NCBI GenBank assembly: GCA_044892525.1
Contig: CM097885.1
Coordinates: 50,284,001-50,348,000, forward strand
Source of the DNA: Schmidtea polychroa
Lineage: Eukaryota
DNA length: 64,000 nt
Direction of reading: 5' to 3'
Numbering within the stretch: the first letter of the stretch is position 1; the number at the start of each line of letters is the position of its first letter. The notes beneath the pieces were generated by a model that saw nothing but the letters and a program-made list of their open reading frames with translations, did not search any database and was not told where the DNA came from. Below, in pieces: positions 12,990 through 56,276 of this stretch. A program made the translations under genes and the position numbers.

Positions 12990-14403
12990 CAGGGTTTCCT
13001 AAAAAGTTTCATCCTTTTCCAGAAAAGTTTCATCCTTTTCCAAAAAAGTTTCATCCTTTTCCAAAAAAGTTTCATCCTTTTTTAAAAACGTTTCATCGAC
13101 AAATATTAAAATAAATTAAAAAGGAAGTACACGATTAAGGTAATTATTTAAAAATCTTCATCAGCAAAAGCTTTCCCAATAAACGAAAGCATGTTAGAAA
13201 AGTAGCCTTCGCAATCCTCTTCCGTAATTAAACTGCTGGCTGATCGAATCGCATCCAAAAGCTGTTCTTTGGTATCACAGTTTGCATCTTTGATCAGACC
13301 TTTCCACTTCGAGAATAAATTCTCAATTGGATTTAGTTGCGGGCTATAAGGAGGCAAGAATAATACACTATGCCCTTCGCTATTGATCAATTCTCTTATG
13401 GCTATCATTTTGTGGAAAGGAACATTATCCATCACAAAACACCGGTTCGTAATTCCTTCAGATCTCAACTTCTCACACAAATTAGCAATAAATAGTCCAT
13501 ATTTTTCACCGTTGTAAGCTGAAAAACTGTATTCGAAAAAATAAATACCATTCTGAGTGATTGCGGCGGATATTGAAATATTTTGGCTTCTGATAGCTCT
13601 GACAGTTTTTCTTGGGGAAGTTCCCCTCAAACTTCTGCCATAAGATCGGCGTAAGCTGCAGCTAATTCCACATTCATCCAAAAATATGAAACTCTCATGC
13701 GATATTTGGGTAAAATCACACGCGTATTGAAAACGTTTTGCTTTATTCTCAGTCGTGTTTCGTGCCATAGGAACCAATGTAACTCTCTTAAAGCTATAAT
13801 GGAAAGCTTCAATTGCGTTGGATATTGTACTTTTTGATAACGAAACGTTGAATTTTTCTAGTATTTTGGATTTCAAGGTGTTTAAAGTTATTGAAACTTC
13901 CTCGTTGATTTCGTTTTTTATAAAATCAACCTGCTCCGGCGTTATTTTCTTCTTTCTCCCGCATTTTTTGATTGCGGATTTTATTCTTCCAGTTTCTTTA
14001 TATATTTTAATGACTGCTCTAACCGTTTTAACATTCAATTCCAACTCTTCGGCAATTTTAACAATCGGTTTTAAGGCATTGTATTTGCCGCATATAAGTT
14101 CTCTGAGATGGTCAGTGAGTCTTGTTCTTGGTGCCATTGGGGCTTAAATATGCTTTATTATATCCTCAAAAATGGCGGGAAATTTAAAGAATTCATAAAA
14201 TAACATTGATTTTATCTTTGATTTTTCATTAATATTAATATTTCTACATTTGAGGTTGAAATTTTGTGGAAAAATATAAAACTTTTTTGGGAAAGGATGA
14301 AACTTTTTTTAAAAAGGATGAAACTTTTCTGGAAAAGGATGAAACTTTTTTGGAAAAGGATGAAACTTTTTTGGAAAAGGATGAAACTTTTTTGGAAACC
14401 CTG
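12990..14403 (-). mobile_element. Tc1/IS630-type DNA transposon, apparently intact
   Basis: TIRs CAGGGTTTCC...GGAAACCCTG built from 21-bp subrepeats. TA TSD (12988-89, 14404-05). Uninterrupted transposase. Confidence 0.95.
13148..14137 (-). CDS. DD34E transposase (DDE_3 family), 329 aa
   Basis: N-terminal HTHs; FLDECG, VMDNVPFH and LPPYSPQLNPIE, with 34 residues between the second D and the E. Confidence 0.95.
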   Translation of the reverse strand: MAPRTRLTDHLRELICGKYNALKPIVKIAEELELNVKTVRAVIKIYKETGRIKSAIKKCGRKKKITPEQVDFIKNEINEEVSITLNTLKSKILEKFNVSLSKSTISNAIEAFHYSFKRVTLVPMARNTTENKAKRFQYACDFTQISHESFIFLDECGISCSLRRSYGRSLRGTSPRKTVRAIRSQNISISAAITQNGIYFFEYSFSAYNGEKYGLFIANLCEKLRSEGITNRCFVMDNVPFHKMIAIRELINSEGHSVLFLPPYSPQLNPIENLFSKWKGLIKDANCDTKEQLLDAIRSASSLITEEDCEGYFSNMLSFIGKAFADEDF

Positions 14404-15458
14404 TAAAATAATCTGTGTCGACAAATAACAAATCTTTTTCGGGGACCATGTCTGGGTGAAATCTTAAAATCTAAGAAAAGCACCTTTTACTAAATTTTGC
14501 ACATTTTTCACATTCTGCACTTTGCACACTTTGGACTTAAAAACCAATATATGTGCAATAACTCATCGATCACAAGCGCGATAACTCATCGATTAAAAGC
14601 TCGATAACTCATCGATCAAAATACATGATAATTCATAACACATTCGGATAGCCGAATTTTTGAGAATTATCGATTAGTTTTACCTTTTCTTAATTCCTGT
14701 GAGAACGAAGAAACTTTCCGAGGATTTTATTTCAGAGTTATCTTAGTTGAATCAAGATGTAACTTTTATATGAAGGATATCTTGACCAAATATGTCACGT
14801 TCTCAAGATAGCCTAAAAATATTGATTGATTACACTTTCTTAATTCCTAGAAGAACCAAGAAAATTTTCGAGATTTTTATTAAAGAATCCTCTTAGTTGA
14901 ATCAAGATGCAACTTTTTTGTTAAGAATCTCTAGACTAAATATACCTGGTTCCCAATGTTCGAAAAAATATTCAAAAAACGCGAAATTTATATCGAAAAG
15001 AAATCTTTTTGTTATTTTCATATAAAATAATCTGTGTCGACAAATAACAAATCTTTTTTGTGGAACATGTCGGAATGAAATCTTAAAATCTAAGAAAAGC
15101 ACCTCTGACTATAGTCAGAAATTACACTTTTTAGTCATATTTTCCACTTTGCACTTTTTTCACCTAAAAATCAATAATAGCACTTTAAATCAACATTATA
15201 CACATAAAAATTATTTAAAATTAACTTCAAATATAGATTGCAGACAAACTTTTTCAGGACTTAGATTTTCGAAAGATATTATTAGAAATCGAGTGAAGTC
15301 AAAAAGCATACTGGAGAACTGAAATTGAAGTACAAAGTAATTATAAAGAAAAATATTTTATATTATAATTTACAAGCTAATCCGCCAACTGAATTGTGAA
15401 AAAGTGATTTAACACAAATGTTTAATAAAAACAAATTTATTTGCAATATTTTGTTTGG

Positions 15459-17348
15459 TTACCAGCCAATATGATTATTTAATTCTCTATTTTTATGTTT
15501 CAGCCAAGCATGAAGTGGCTCGAAAAATTTCATAAGAGATGCAGATTTGATTTCTTTCGTTCCTGTCAATATTTTCATTGTTTCTCGCCAGTTATTCTTT
15601 GAACCTTGTTTCAACATTGCCAATAGCTTGTTTCCTGCTTCTTTAGATTGATAAAAGTCGCATCTATGCAATGGACCCGTGTAACCAGTCAAATCGCACA
15701 TTGATTCATAAAATTGAAATTGAACTATAAAACTTATAAAATATCGAATATAAGGAATACCAAATGCAATGTGATATTTTGCACCCGCATCAAAATCTTT
15801 CTCTGATCTCTCCACTGGCGGTTTAATTCCTTGAAACTTCAATGATAGATCCCACCAGTATTCATTAAGCTTGGAAGAAGGGATCGTTCCATTATATACA
15901 CTCCACAGATAACTATCCATCGTTAACGCAAATGGTAAAAATACTACTTTTTCTAAAGCGGAACCCATCAAATAGTCAATGTCGAATTCTTTCGATTTTG
16001 GAATCTCTGACAACAGACCAACTTTGTGAAGATGTTCTGGCGTTTTCACAGCTAATGCGATTGTGTCTCCAATAGCTTCGTGGAATCCAGAATTCGCAGA
16101 ATTACGATAAAAATTAAGCAAGTTTCTGTAAGCCATGAAATATTCAACGTGACCCATTTCATGATGAATAGTTGTGAAATCATTTAAATTTTTCTTCGTG
16201 CACATCAAGATTCTAAAATCGACACCATTTGCAAAATCATGTGCCGACCCATGGCAATCAATAACACGTCCTGGAATTTGTTCCACGACGCTTCTTTCCC
16301 AGAATTCATTGCTCAATTTGAACAATCCAATAGAATTGTAAAATTCTTCTGCTATTTCAAACATTTTTCTCACCGATAACTTTTCCAATTTCTCATTAAC
16401 TTGTTCGTGAAAATTATTTCTATAGTTACTTTTCATACATTTTTTTATTATCCCAAATATGTTGACCCACTTTTGGGACCAAACGTTTCCGAAAATATGT
16501 GCCGGAATTGGACCGTTTTTATCAAATTTTCCGGGGTAATATTTCCACAGACAATATCTCACAAATGAATGTAATTCTTTATACAGTGGCAGAATATCTT
16601 CATACAATTTCATTACTGTCTCTTTGAAGTTTTCCTCTTCAAAATCCTCAAATAGAATAAACGAAGCCAAATCATTAAATCCGTTTTCACGAGCTCCGAA
16701 ATTTCCTAAATTCACTTTCTTCACAAACAAATCTCTAATTCTTGCACCCGTCACATTTCTCCATGCAACCCAATATCCGGTTAATTTATCATAATTTCTC
16801 TCGTTCTTAAACAATTCAATAATCGCGGGCTCCCCGGCTGATAAACATTTCCCAAAGCACGGCCTCCCATTATTGTAAATAAATTCAATTTGGTTTTTAA
16901 TCTCAATTAATTCTCTCGAAACGCTTTCATTCTGACTTTCTACAGTTTTCGAAAGTTTCCCCAAGATTTTCCTGATACTTGCTGATGCAAATCTTTTCCA
17001 TCGAAATTTTTTCGCTTTCAGTCGGAGTGATTTGTTCAATTTCACAAAGATTATTTGAAATTTTTTTAATAATTCCAAATTTTTTTTGTTGATATTTGAT
17101 TCGTAACGATAGAGAACATTGGCATAACGATTATCATTTCTTATTGATATTTCATTGACTTTTATTAACCAAGATTTGGCACAATTTTCACTTGAATATT
17201 CTTCACAGACATCCGGATAACCTTCCAACTCTGTCAAATTATGATAACTGTCGAATATTGGTTTCTGAATGAAATTATAGGAATTTAAATCCAATTTCCA
17301 CGAGTGGACATTTAGGAAACATAAATAAATTATTATATTAATTTTCAT
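15459..17348 (-). CDS. ACE: Angiotensin-converting enzyme-like peptidyl-dipeptidase (peptidase M2), single domain, secreted, intronless
   Basis: HHEMGH zinc motif, FHEAIGD, PAHIFGNVWSQKW, DFDAGAKYH, PYIRYF. Signal-like N-terminus from the ATG at 17348 (track start 17357 is TTG). No C-terminal TM. Confidence 0.95.
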   Translation of the reverse strand: MKINIIIYLCFLNVHSWKLDLNSYNFIQKPIFDSYHNLTELEGYPDVCEEYSSENCAKSWLIKVNEISIRNDNRYANVLYRYESNINKKNLELLKKFQIIFVKLNKSLRLKAKKFRWKRFASASIRKILGKLSKTVESQNESVSRELIEIKNQIEFIYNNGRPCFGKCLSAGEPAIIELFKNERNYDKLTGYWVAWRNVTGARIRDLFVKKVNLGNFGARENGFNDLASFILFEDFEEENFKETVMKLYEDILPLYKELHSFVRYCLWKYYPGKFDKNGPIPAHIFGNVWSQKWVNIFGIIKKCMKSNYRNNFHEQVNEKLEKLSVRKMFEIAEEFYNSIGLFKLSNEFWERSVVEQIPGRVIDCHGSAHDFANGVDFRILMCTKKNLNDFTTIHHEMGHVEYFMAYRNLLNFYRNSANSGFHEAIGDTIALAVKTPEHLHKVGLLSEIPKSKEFDIDYLMGSALEKVVFLPFALTMDSYLWSVYNGTIPSSKLNEYWWDLSLKFQGIKPPVERSEKDFDAGAKYHIAFGIPYIRYFISFIVQFQFYESMCDLTGYTGPLHRCDFYQSKEAGNKLLAMLKQGSKNNWRETMKILTGTKEIKSASLMKFFEPLHAWLKHKNRELNNHIGW

Positions 17349-18556
17349 TTCATTCAAACAAATAATAATAGAAATATAACTTTGAAATGAAAAATTGTAA
17401 CTTGTAATAAATTACCTACGGATTTTTTGGTTTTTTGTGTATTTTCAATTTGTATTTTAACATAGTGAAAAAATCAATTTTATTATTGATAATCAAGTGA
17501 AATAGCATTGTGCTCACTTGAATGAATAGCAGCCCGTGTCAGCTAATGCTTCAGGGGGTCACCGCTGTAGAAGGCTAACATCAACCTACTTACAAATTTT
17601 ATTTATTTCAAAAGCAAATTAATTAAAACACGGCTTGATTTTTTAAATTGTTACTATTCATATGGAGCTTAAACCAGCTCCAGAATTTAGTAAATATTGA
17701 AAATCTCTTAATTAATTTCTTAGCTTACTATTCTTTATGTTAAATTTTATCTTTGAAACTTTCCCCTGAAACTTGCATATTTCATCATTAATTCAATTTT
17801 CTTTTGATTTTACAGAAATCCTCTTGCCGGTTTTCAGAGATTTATAGCTCATTCAATTCGCAACAATCTTCTCTAAAATGATTTCCTAACCATTTACTAG
17901 AAAAAAAATCATTTTACAATGTCTTATAAATTTCTATCACGGATTTCGATTTCCAGAAACACCCTAACATATTAATTTATTTATTAAATGCGATGATATG
18001 AATAACATATTACAGAGATAAATATAATATAATTTCAAGGTTACGGAATAGTAATGAAGGCGTTCAGGTAAATTAACAATAAAACAACAGCCCTTAAGCG
18101 CCAACATATTTTCCCACAGGAGTTTCAACTAAAATAATAAATCAAACAGAATCACAATCGAGATTTATTGAAAACGTTTAAATATGCAATCAGACGTTTC
18201 CAGGAACATAATTAATCGCAGGTAACTTTGTAGTGGAACTCTTCGGACGAGAACAATTTGAAGAAACCTTAAAATTAGTTAATAAATAAAAAGGAATCGA
18301 AAACTATAGCAACTTTTGAAATGATTTTGAACTGATTATCCAATTCAATCGCAGGTAGAAATGACCTTTTGTCAGAATTTATTGTCGAAGGAATATTCGG
18401 TATGAAATCATTCTCATTCAACCATTGGTCAATTTTTGATTTGATGTTGACATTATAGACATTCTCTGGAGGGTGGATTGTTACGGTATTCAGTGGGACC
18501 ACTAAGAAATATCAAATTGAATCGGTAACAATTATTATTTCTTATTCTTATTCTTA

Positions 18557-18673
<117 letters not shown>

Positions 18674-18686
18674 GTTATTATTATTA

Positions 18687-18790
<104 letters not shown>

Positions 18791-18792
18791 GC

Positions 18793-18871
<79 letters not shown>

Positions 18872-18873
18872 GC

Positions 18874-18904
<31 letters not shown>

Positions 18905-19711
18905 TATTTATTATTATTATTATTATCTATTTATTTATTATTTAAAACAATAAAGTGATAATTTAAGCCTTTTGCTGCGAATAATGTATTTATTAAAAAA
19001 ATTTACGACTATAAGATAGTCCTTGTCAATCTCCTGGAATTTAGCAATCTTCTTTCCGAACATACATTTCTATCTTTCTTTTATTTCCTTTTTCTTACTT
19101 CTCATTTGTTATAAATATAATATATAATATAATGATATACTTTCTTTGAATTTTTAAAAATTATATTTAAAATTAAAATTAAAATTATAATAAAACAAAT
19201 ATCACTTAAAATTCAAAATGACACCAACTAATATTTTTACAATTTTTAAAGCTTCCATAATTAGTCCCTAGAAGCCTAATAAAATATTTCAAAATATTTT
19301 AAAATAAAACCTCCAATAGCTATTTATCTACGCGATTTAAATATTTCAATAATTCTGTCAATTTTGATTTTTAATTCCTATCTTTTGAAAGCATATTTCC
19401 TAAAATTTTCTATATTATTTTAATTATTACTTTTTTTAATTTATTATATTTTTTATATATTATGAGTTATTCTCAAGGCCAATGACAATATATCAAATTG
19501 GTGATTTCATTGATTTCTTCTTTAGTGTTGATTTTTGGCCGTCTGTTTATAATGAGAATTGCTTCTTTGAATCTGACATTTTTTTTGGATGTTTCATTTA
19601 AAAAATTTTTAGTTGGTGTCATTTTGAATTTTAAGTGATATTTGTTTTATTTTAATTTTAAATATTATTATCATTATTATTATTTATTATTATTATTATT
19701 TATTATTAGTA

Positions 19712-19785
<74 letters not shown>

Positions 19786-20039
19786 TTTTATTATTTTCTC
19801 AGTGTCAAATATTGATATTTGCAGAAGGACAGATTTAATTGTTCATACATTTCAATCACATTATTTTAAATTTATAAATAATTAACATTTAACATCATAC
19901 ATTCGAAAATAATATTTTAAAATTAATTTATATAATTAATCTTTAAAGTCAATATTTAATTTTTAAATATATATTTATAATAATAATAATAATATAAGAA
20001 ATATAAATTTAATAAATATTAAAATGTAAAATTTTACTA

Positions 20040-49793
<29,754 letters not shown>

Positions 49794-50369
49794 TATTTAT
49801 AAATTTTAAAAAATTATTATATTTATAAATAAAAATTTTAAATTAAGTTAAAGAGAAATATTACTTTAACTAAATTATAAGTTAAAATTTGAAAGAAAAT
49901 TTTAATTTTATCATAACTACAATTATTAAAACAAATTGATATTTTCAAGTTTTGTCATATATGATTTTCAGCTATGAGTGAAACAAAATAAAAATGATCA
50001 AAAAAACAAATTTGAAATATTGATAGATAAGATTATTCTTTTACTAAATCTGTCTTTATTAATTATCTTAAGCTGGTGATAAGGCTAACAATATAGAATA
50101 TTACACTCAGGAAAGTATACCCACTGTGTCTTATTGGAGTTGAAGTAATGCCCCAGATAAAGCCCATATATGAAAAATTCATAAGTAAAACAGCACCTCT
50201 GTCAACATATATTTTGATAATCCATTCGAAAAACACTACTAAACTAGATTGTTTTATCGATCATGGTGCTTATTTTACACTTTTAGAAATTGAGTAAATA
50301 TTGTAGATAAATTAGTTGAATTACTGGTGAAGAATGGCTACTCAAAACGGTTTTTATTGTTAACGTTGA

Positions 50370-50915
50370 AAGAGATCGTAGTATGAATGAATTTAAATTG
50401 ACTGATATGTCGAATAATGTAGTGAATATGAGTATTGATACTAACAAACAAGATGAGCCAAAATATACGATGGTATTGCCATATTCTGAAGGATATAAAG
50501 ATTTCAAAAAAAAAGATTGGTAAACAGTTGGGTACATTGAATTATATAATTGTTTCAAAATCGAGCAAGGTACGTAGTATGTTTGTTAGTAAATCTCAAA
50601 CGCCAGTTGGATTGTGTTCGGATCTCGTTTATCAATTCACATGTAATGGATATAATGTCTCATACATTGGAGAGACTTCCCGTCATCTCTGTACTTGAGT
50701 TCAAGAACACTGTCGACCGAAGGGAGTGTCCAATATTAAGGATCATAATAAAGTCTGTATGAGAGAATTAGGAATGTCTGACTTTAAAATCTTATCAAAA
50801 ACTTTGATAACTGTTTTGAGCGTGTGATATGTGAAGCATTATTGATAAGAACTTTTAATTCTAAAATCAATGTGCAGAATGCAGTGAATACGTGTGTGTT
50901 GAATGTTTTTTTATA
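50370..50915 (+). pseudogene. Penelope-like element 3' remnant (GIY-YIG endonuclease)
   Basis: VLPY, LVYQFTC...SYIGETSRHL, EH, DFKIL, EALLI...P/S.IN.Q, with stops and frameshifts. Confidence 0.85.
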
Positions 50916-52784
50916 AAGTTTTTGTATCTTGATGTATATTAATAATAGTTATGCTAAATAATTAAAAAATTAATTAAAATAATATTCGTCTATACTATTT
51001 CAGACAAGAGAATCATGTCGGCTGACAAGAGAAATTCCCCCCAGACGATCGACTTTTACTATTCTATTTCATTTATAAAAGAAAAGATGGGCGGTAACTT
51101 ATGATGTCACCTCAGTAGTTATGGCAATTATTTATTGAAAAGAAAAACCTTACATGGACGTAAATCTAATGAAAATGATCTTCGTAATTCTTCATATAAA
51201 ATCACACATGCATTTAAAGATCTATTAGTTTAAAATCGTATTGTCCAATTAACCAATCCCCCCTTTTATCTCGGGAAACTATTAGACATGCAAAAATTAG
51301 TTAAATATTATGTTGGGCTAGAACTGATTTCTGAACCCAAAGTTAGGAATGGGACGAAATGTGTCAGTACAGAACACGCATACCCAGCATTAAGTTTACT
51401 TAAATAAAAATATATAAAACACCAAGTAAACAATAATAATAGATAGATAATATACCCAAAAATAAAACATCTGAATTAAAAGTAAAATAAAACACGAGCA
51501 AGAAGTATTACACGAAAAACTACTCAAATATAACCGAAAGACATAAAACAACAAAAAAAAATTCGAATAAAGGCGATTAGTAAAAATTCAAAAAGAAAAT
51601 TAAAGAAAATTAAAGAAAATCTTACGAAAAGAAAATTATATCGATATTTCGAATAAAAATCCAGAACAATTCATAAAAATGGCGAAATCCATCATGACCG
51701 CCAAACGACCCATTAAAAGTTATAAAAAATAAATATTTTAGTTTAAAAAATAAAATTTTTAGGAAAGAAATCATAAAAAACCATTTAAAAATAAGAAATA
51801 GATTAAATTTAGCATGAAATGTTCTGGAAATGCTGAAATCCATCATGGAGGCAAATTTAATAAAAAATAATTCAAAAACAAAATTCCAAAAATAAAAACA
51901 AAAATTTTTATTGAAAAATTGCCATCAAAATCGATAAAAATTAAAGATCGAATGTTCGAGAATTAAAATAATCCGAATTTGTTTTACTGCATCAATGCAC
52001 GCATGTATACTTACACGTCAAACAGAGGCTATATAAACTAACACATTTCGTCACTTTTTAAGGAAAAAAATGCAAATTAATATTTTTACTCTTATGCCAA
52101 ATTTTTGGTTTTGATTTTTCTGAGATTGTAGGTAAGGACGATTTCATTGTGAATTATAAATTATTATTATTGAAACCTTGTTTTCATTATTTCTTTTTAA
52201 CTATAGAAATGTAGGTTTGAGTGAGATCGTCGGTTATCATTGATTTTGAAGCGAGATCCCAGCCAACCCTGCACCTATGCACTTTATCATCGATGAGTAA
52301 ACAGCCTACAATGATTGCAGGCCACTGCCTGGCACGCACTTATCAATATTATTGTTTTTTTTTGTTTGTTCAGGTCATTTGGAGGTCGCACCACTTCATG
52401 GTTCTGCCATGGAGTTAAGTCGATGAAATCCTCCGTCTGACTCTACCTATTTATTATAGGTCAGCCGTAAAGGGTTGACTTACCACACAACAGTAAGGTT
52501 TGTCGTAGTGGTCAAAGTGGGGCCGCGAAAGCAAACACTCTTCCCGACTTTCAATACATGAATAACTTACATAGTTAAAATCTACATCCAAAATCATCAC
52601 AATACAATACACTAAGGTTAATAAACAGAGTAGATCTCAGACCTAAATTAATCACAACTTTACAATTCACAATTAATGTAGACGGTTAAATATCATCAAA
52701 AACCAACTCTACCTATACGTTTGTCGAATCTAGATTTGTAAATGTCTTAAACAAATTTTCTAGTAAGTAGAAGGAAGTATGCTC

Positions 52785-53390
52785 CATGACTCATCGTTTT
52801 TTGTCATTTTTTTGCACTACCCCCCGATGACTCAGCGCAAAACAAAGACATATGACTCATCGATGACTCACCCACAGCAACCGTGGTAACTGGATCAAGG
52901 TCATAGGACTCATCCACAGCAACCGTGGTAACCATGGTAACTAGGTCAAGGTCGCATGACTCATCCATAACAACGGTGGTCCCATGGCAACTAGGTCAAG
53001 GTCATTCTATTTTTAGTAACAAGGTCACATGACGTCATCGATGACTCATCAAGGTCATTCTATTTTTAGTAACTAGGTCAAGGTCATTCTATTTTTAGTA
53101 ACAAGGTCATATGACTCATCATTTTTGGAACAAAGCCAACTGACTCATTATTTTTTAAACAAAGACATATTTAATATTTAAATAAATACATTTAAACAAA
53201 TATTTAAATAAATACATTTAAACAAATATTTAAACAAAGACATATAGACAAAGACTCATCGATGACTCATAGTTTAGATAGGGGGTTTCTTTTTTTGCAT
53301 ACTCCCCCCCCCAGTATGACTCATCGATGACTTTTTTGAACAAAGACCAATAATTTATTTTTAAAACAAAGACTCATCACACGACTCTAA
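52785..53390. promoter_or_regulatory. Terminal array of TF-site-like motifs
   Basis: Many TGACTCA, CAAGGTCA and AACAAAG copies; one TGACGTCA (53030); X-box-like GTAACCATGGTAAC and CCATGGCAAC (52928-52991). Confidence 0.55.
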
Positions 53391-53443
53391 TTTTTAGAAC
53401 AGACTTATTTTTTGGTAAACCAAATTTATTGTATGTCGCTACA

Positions 53444-53539
<96 letters not shown>

Positions 53540-53861
53540 TAATAATACTTATAAAAACATACTCATTTCTTCATAAAAAAGTTTGTTTTCATAAAAACTG
53601 GTTTCATAAAAAAATAAAATTAAAATTAATCATAAAAAATTTCATTATAAAAAATTTAAATCATAAAAATAATAATTACCTCTTTTGAAAAATATATACA
53701 AAGTATCGATAACATCTAACCAATCAGAATTGGATATTATCGATGCTTTGTTCTCTGAATATGACTCATCGATGAGTCATTGTTACTAACTGAGTAATTT
53801 CTACTCACATAAATACATGCAATACAAGTGCAATACAAGTGCATGAAATGTCTTTATGTAA

Positions 53862-53906
<45 letters not shown>

Positions 53907-53956
53907 TTTATGACAATACTAGTAATAATAATAATTAAATTAATAATATTTATGCC

Positions 53957-53987
<31 letters not shown>

Positions 53988-54022
53988 TATCAGACAAAAG
54001 ATAATTTAAATCAATACATTTA

Positions 54023-54523
54023 TTAAACAATGAAATAATTTAAAATTAACAATGGCCATTTAAATATTGATGTACTCATATTTGCTGCCATCTTGTTTGA
54101 AATTGGTAACGTTGAATTGGTTTTCAAATTTTCTATCGATTCTTTTATTGTTCGAATTTCGAATATTATTAAATCAATCTTTCTTAACAAATGATCATGT
54201 TTCTTATCAATAATTTTCATATTCTTTTTATTTTCAACAATTGAGTTATTGAAAATCTCAATATGATCAATCAATTTAAATTTTATATTTTGTATATATT
54301 CAAAAGATAGGTCATAGCTGTTTTCTAAATTCTCCAATCTTTGGGATATTCTTTTTCCTGGATGCTTTGCCCATTTTGGTTTGTCAAGAATATATAAAAT
54401 ATCCATCAACTTGGCGGTATTTGGACAAATACATATTGATTTATTAAAAGACTCCACCGTTATTGTTGTATTGTGTGAGCACACATTCCTTATAATAATT
54501 AGCAATAGAAATATAGTTTTCAT
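54023..54523 (-). CDS. Predicted secreted/surface coiled-coil glycoprotein, 166 aa
   Basis: Signal peptide MKTIFLLLIIIRNVCS, N-x-S/T sites, heptad-rich middle, hydrophobic C-terminus. TATA and CCAAT upstream. Confidence 0.65.
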   Translation of the reverse strand: MKTIFLLLIIIRNVCSHNTTITVESFNKSICICPNTAKLMDILYILDKPKWAKHPGKRISQRLENLENSYDLSFEYIQNIKFKLIDHIEIFNNSIVENKKNMKIIDKKHDHLLRKIDLIIFEIRTIKESIENLKTNSTLPISNKMAANMSTSIFKWPLLILNYFIV

Positions 54524-54637
54524 GTTGTATCAAATCAAATCTATTATGTTTTACATTTATAGTCTATCAACCAATCAGAATCATATTACAGACACAGTAG
54601 TATAAATAAGGCAGTATATTAAAAATTATTGTAAAAA

Positions 54638-55245
<608 letters not shown>

Positions 55246-55287
55246 TTTTTCTTATTTTTCTTATGTATAAAAAACAAATTTTAAAAT

Positions 55288-55716
55288 TTAACATTTATTA
55301 ACACATTCACAATAGTCATCTCCACATTTCATAATATTATCAACTACATGATCTATACAATCGTTAGGTTGTTCTTGATTGTTTTCTCCATCAATTTCTT
55401 GGATGTTTTCTCCATCAATTTCTTGGGTGTTTTCACTAATTTCTTGGGTGTTTTCACTAATTTCTTGGGTGTTTTCTCCATCATTTTCTCCATCAATTTC
55501 TACATCAATTTCTTGACTCACTTCACTTTCATCAAATCCTGAATCTTGACTCTCAACTGTCCAGCCTATATTTAATGCATTTGCAACAGATAATATATCC
55601 TCACCATTTACACCAGCTATTTCTGCCAATTTTTCCAACAAAAAGTTGATTACAATTTCTTAATAATAAATAATTCGGTAAGTTATTAATCAAAATTAAC
55701 CTTTTTCTGTAGTCAT
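55288..55716 (-). CDS. Acidic protein with DSG motif and Cys-rich tail, 2 exons (55716-55701, 55658-55288)
   Basis: A 42-nt GT-AG intron joins ATG exon MTTEK in frame to the ORF. QEISENT repeats. A homologous tail is retained in the element at 5209-12726. Confidence 0.7.
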
Positions 55717-55868
55717 TTTTATTAACACTTTTAAACTATAATGTAAGTTTGTTTATAGAATGTCTTTGTTAAATTTGCATTACTGTTGCATTAATATTAA
55801 TAAAATAAATAAGATTAAATACATTAAATACATTTATTAAAATACATTATATACATTTATTAAATACA

Positions 55869-56276
55869 TTAAAATAGTTGTGAAAGCCTAGCAGACATAA
55901 TTTTCCAAATTGGAGAATACACATCATTATTATCGACTTTATATCCTTGGATTGCAATTGTTATATACCAATTTTCGTTTTCTTTGAAACTGATTTCATC
56001 AAAGGCATCATAAAACTATGCATATCAGTTGTTGAACAATGCATTTTGATTACATGATAGATTTGAATTCAACCGTTTGAAAACATCATCTATGGTTTTA
56101 ACATCTACCATTGAAAGCGTGCCGGATAAGAATTGAAATTGAGTTGGAATTAACTTGACCGGTGCAACCAATTTCATATTGATTTCTTCTTTTAAAAAAT
56201 ACATTTTGTAGTTGTGGAACATTTGAACAGGCTGAACAAGTTCATCTTTCGGTTTTTCAGTGCTTTTCTTGACCAT
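55869..56276 (-). pseudogene. Maverick ORF with two in-frame stops; possible OB-fold ssDNA-binding protein
   Basis: Frame continues past TGA and TAG: FYDAFDEISFKENENWYITIAIQGYKVDNNDVYSPIWKIMSARLSQLF*. CCAAT and TATA upstream. Confidence 0.45.

Noticed and set aside
13627..14483. Overlapping ORFs around the transposase and in its TIRs
   Set aside because: Antisense or alternate-frame shadows, and translations of the 21-bp subrepeats.
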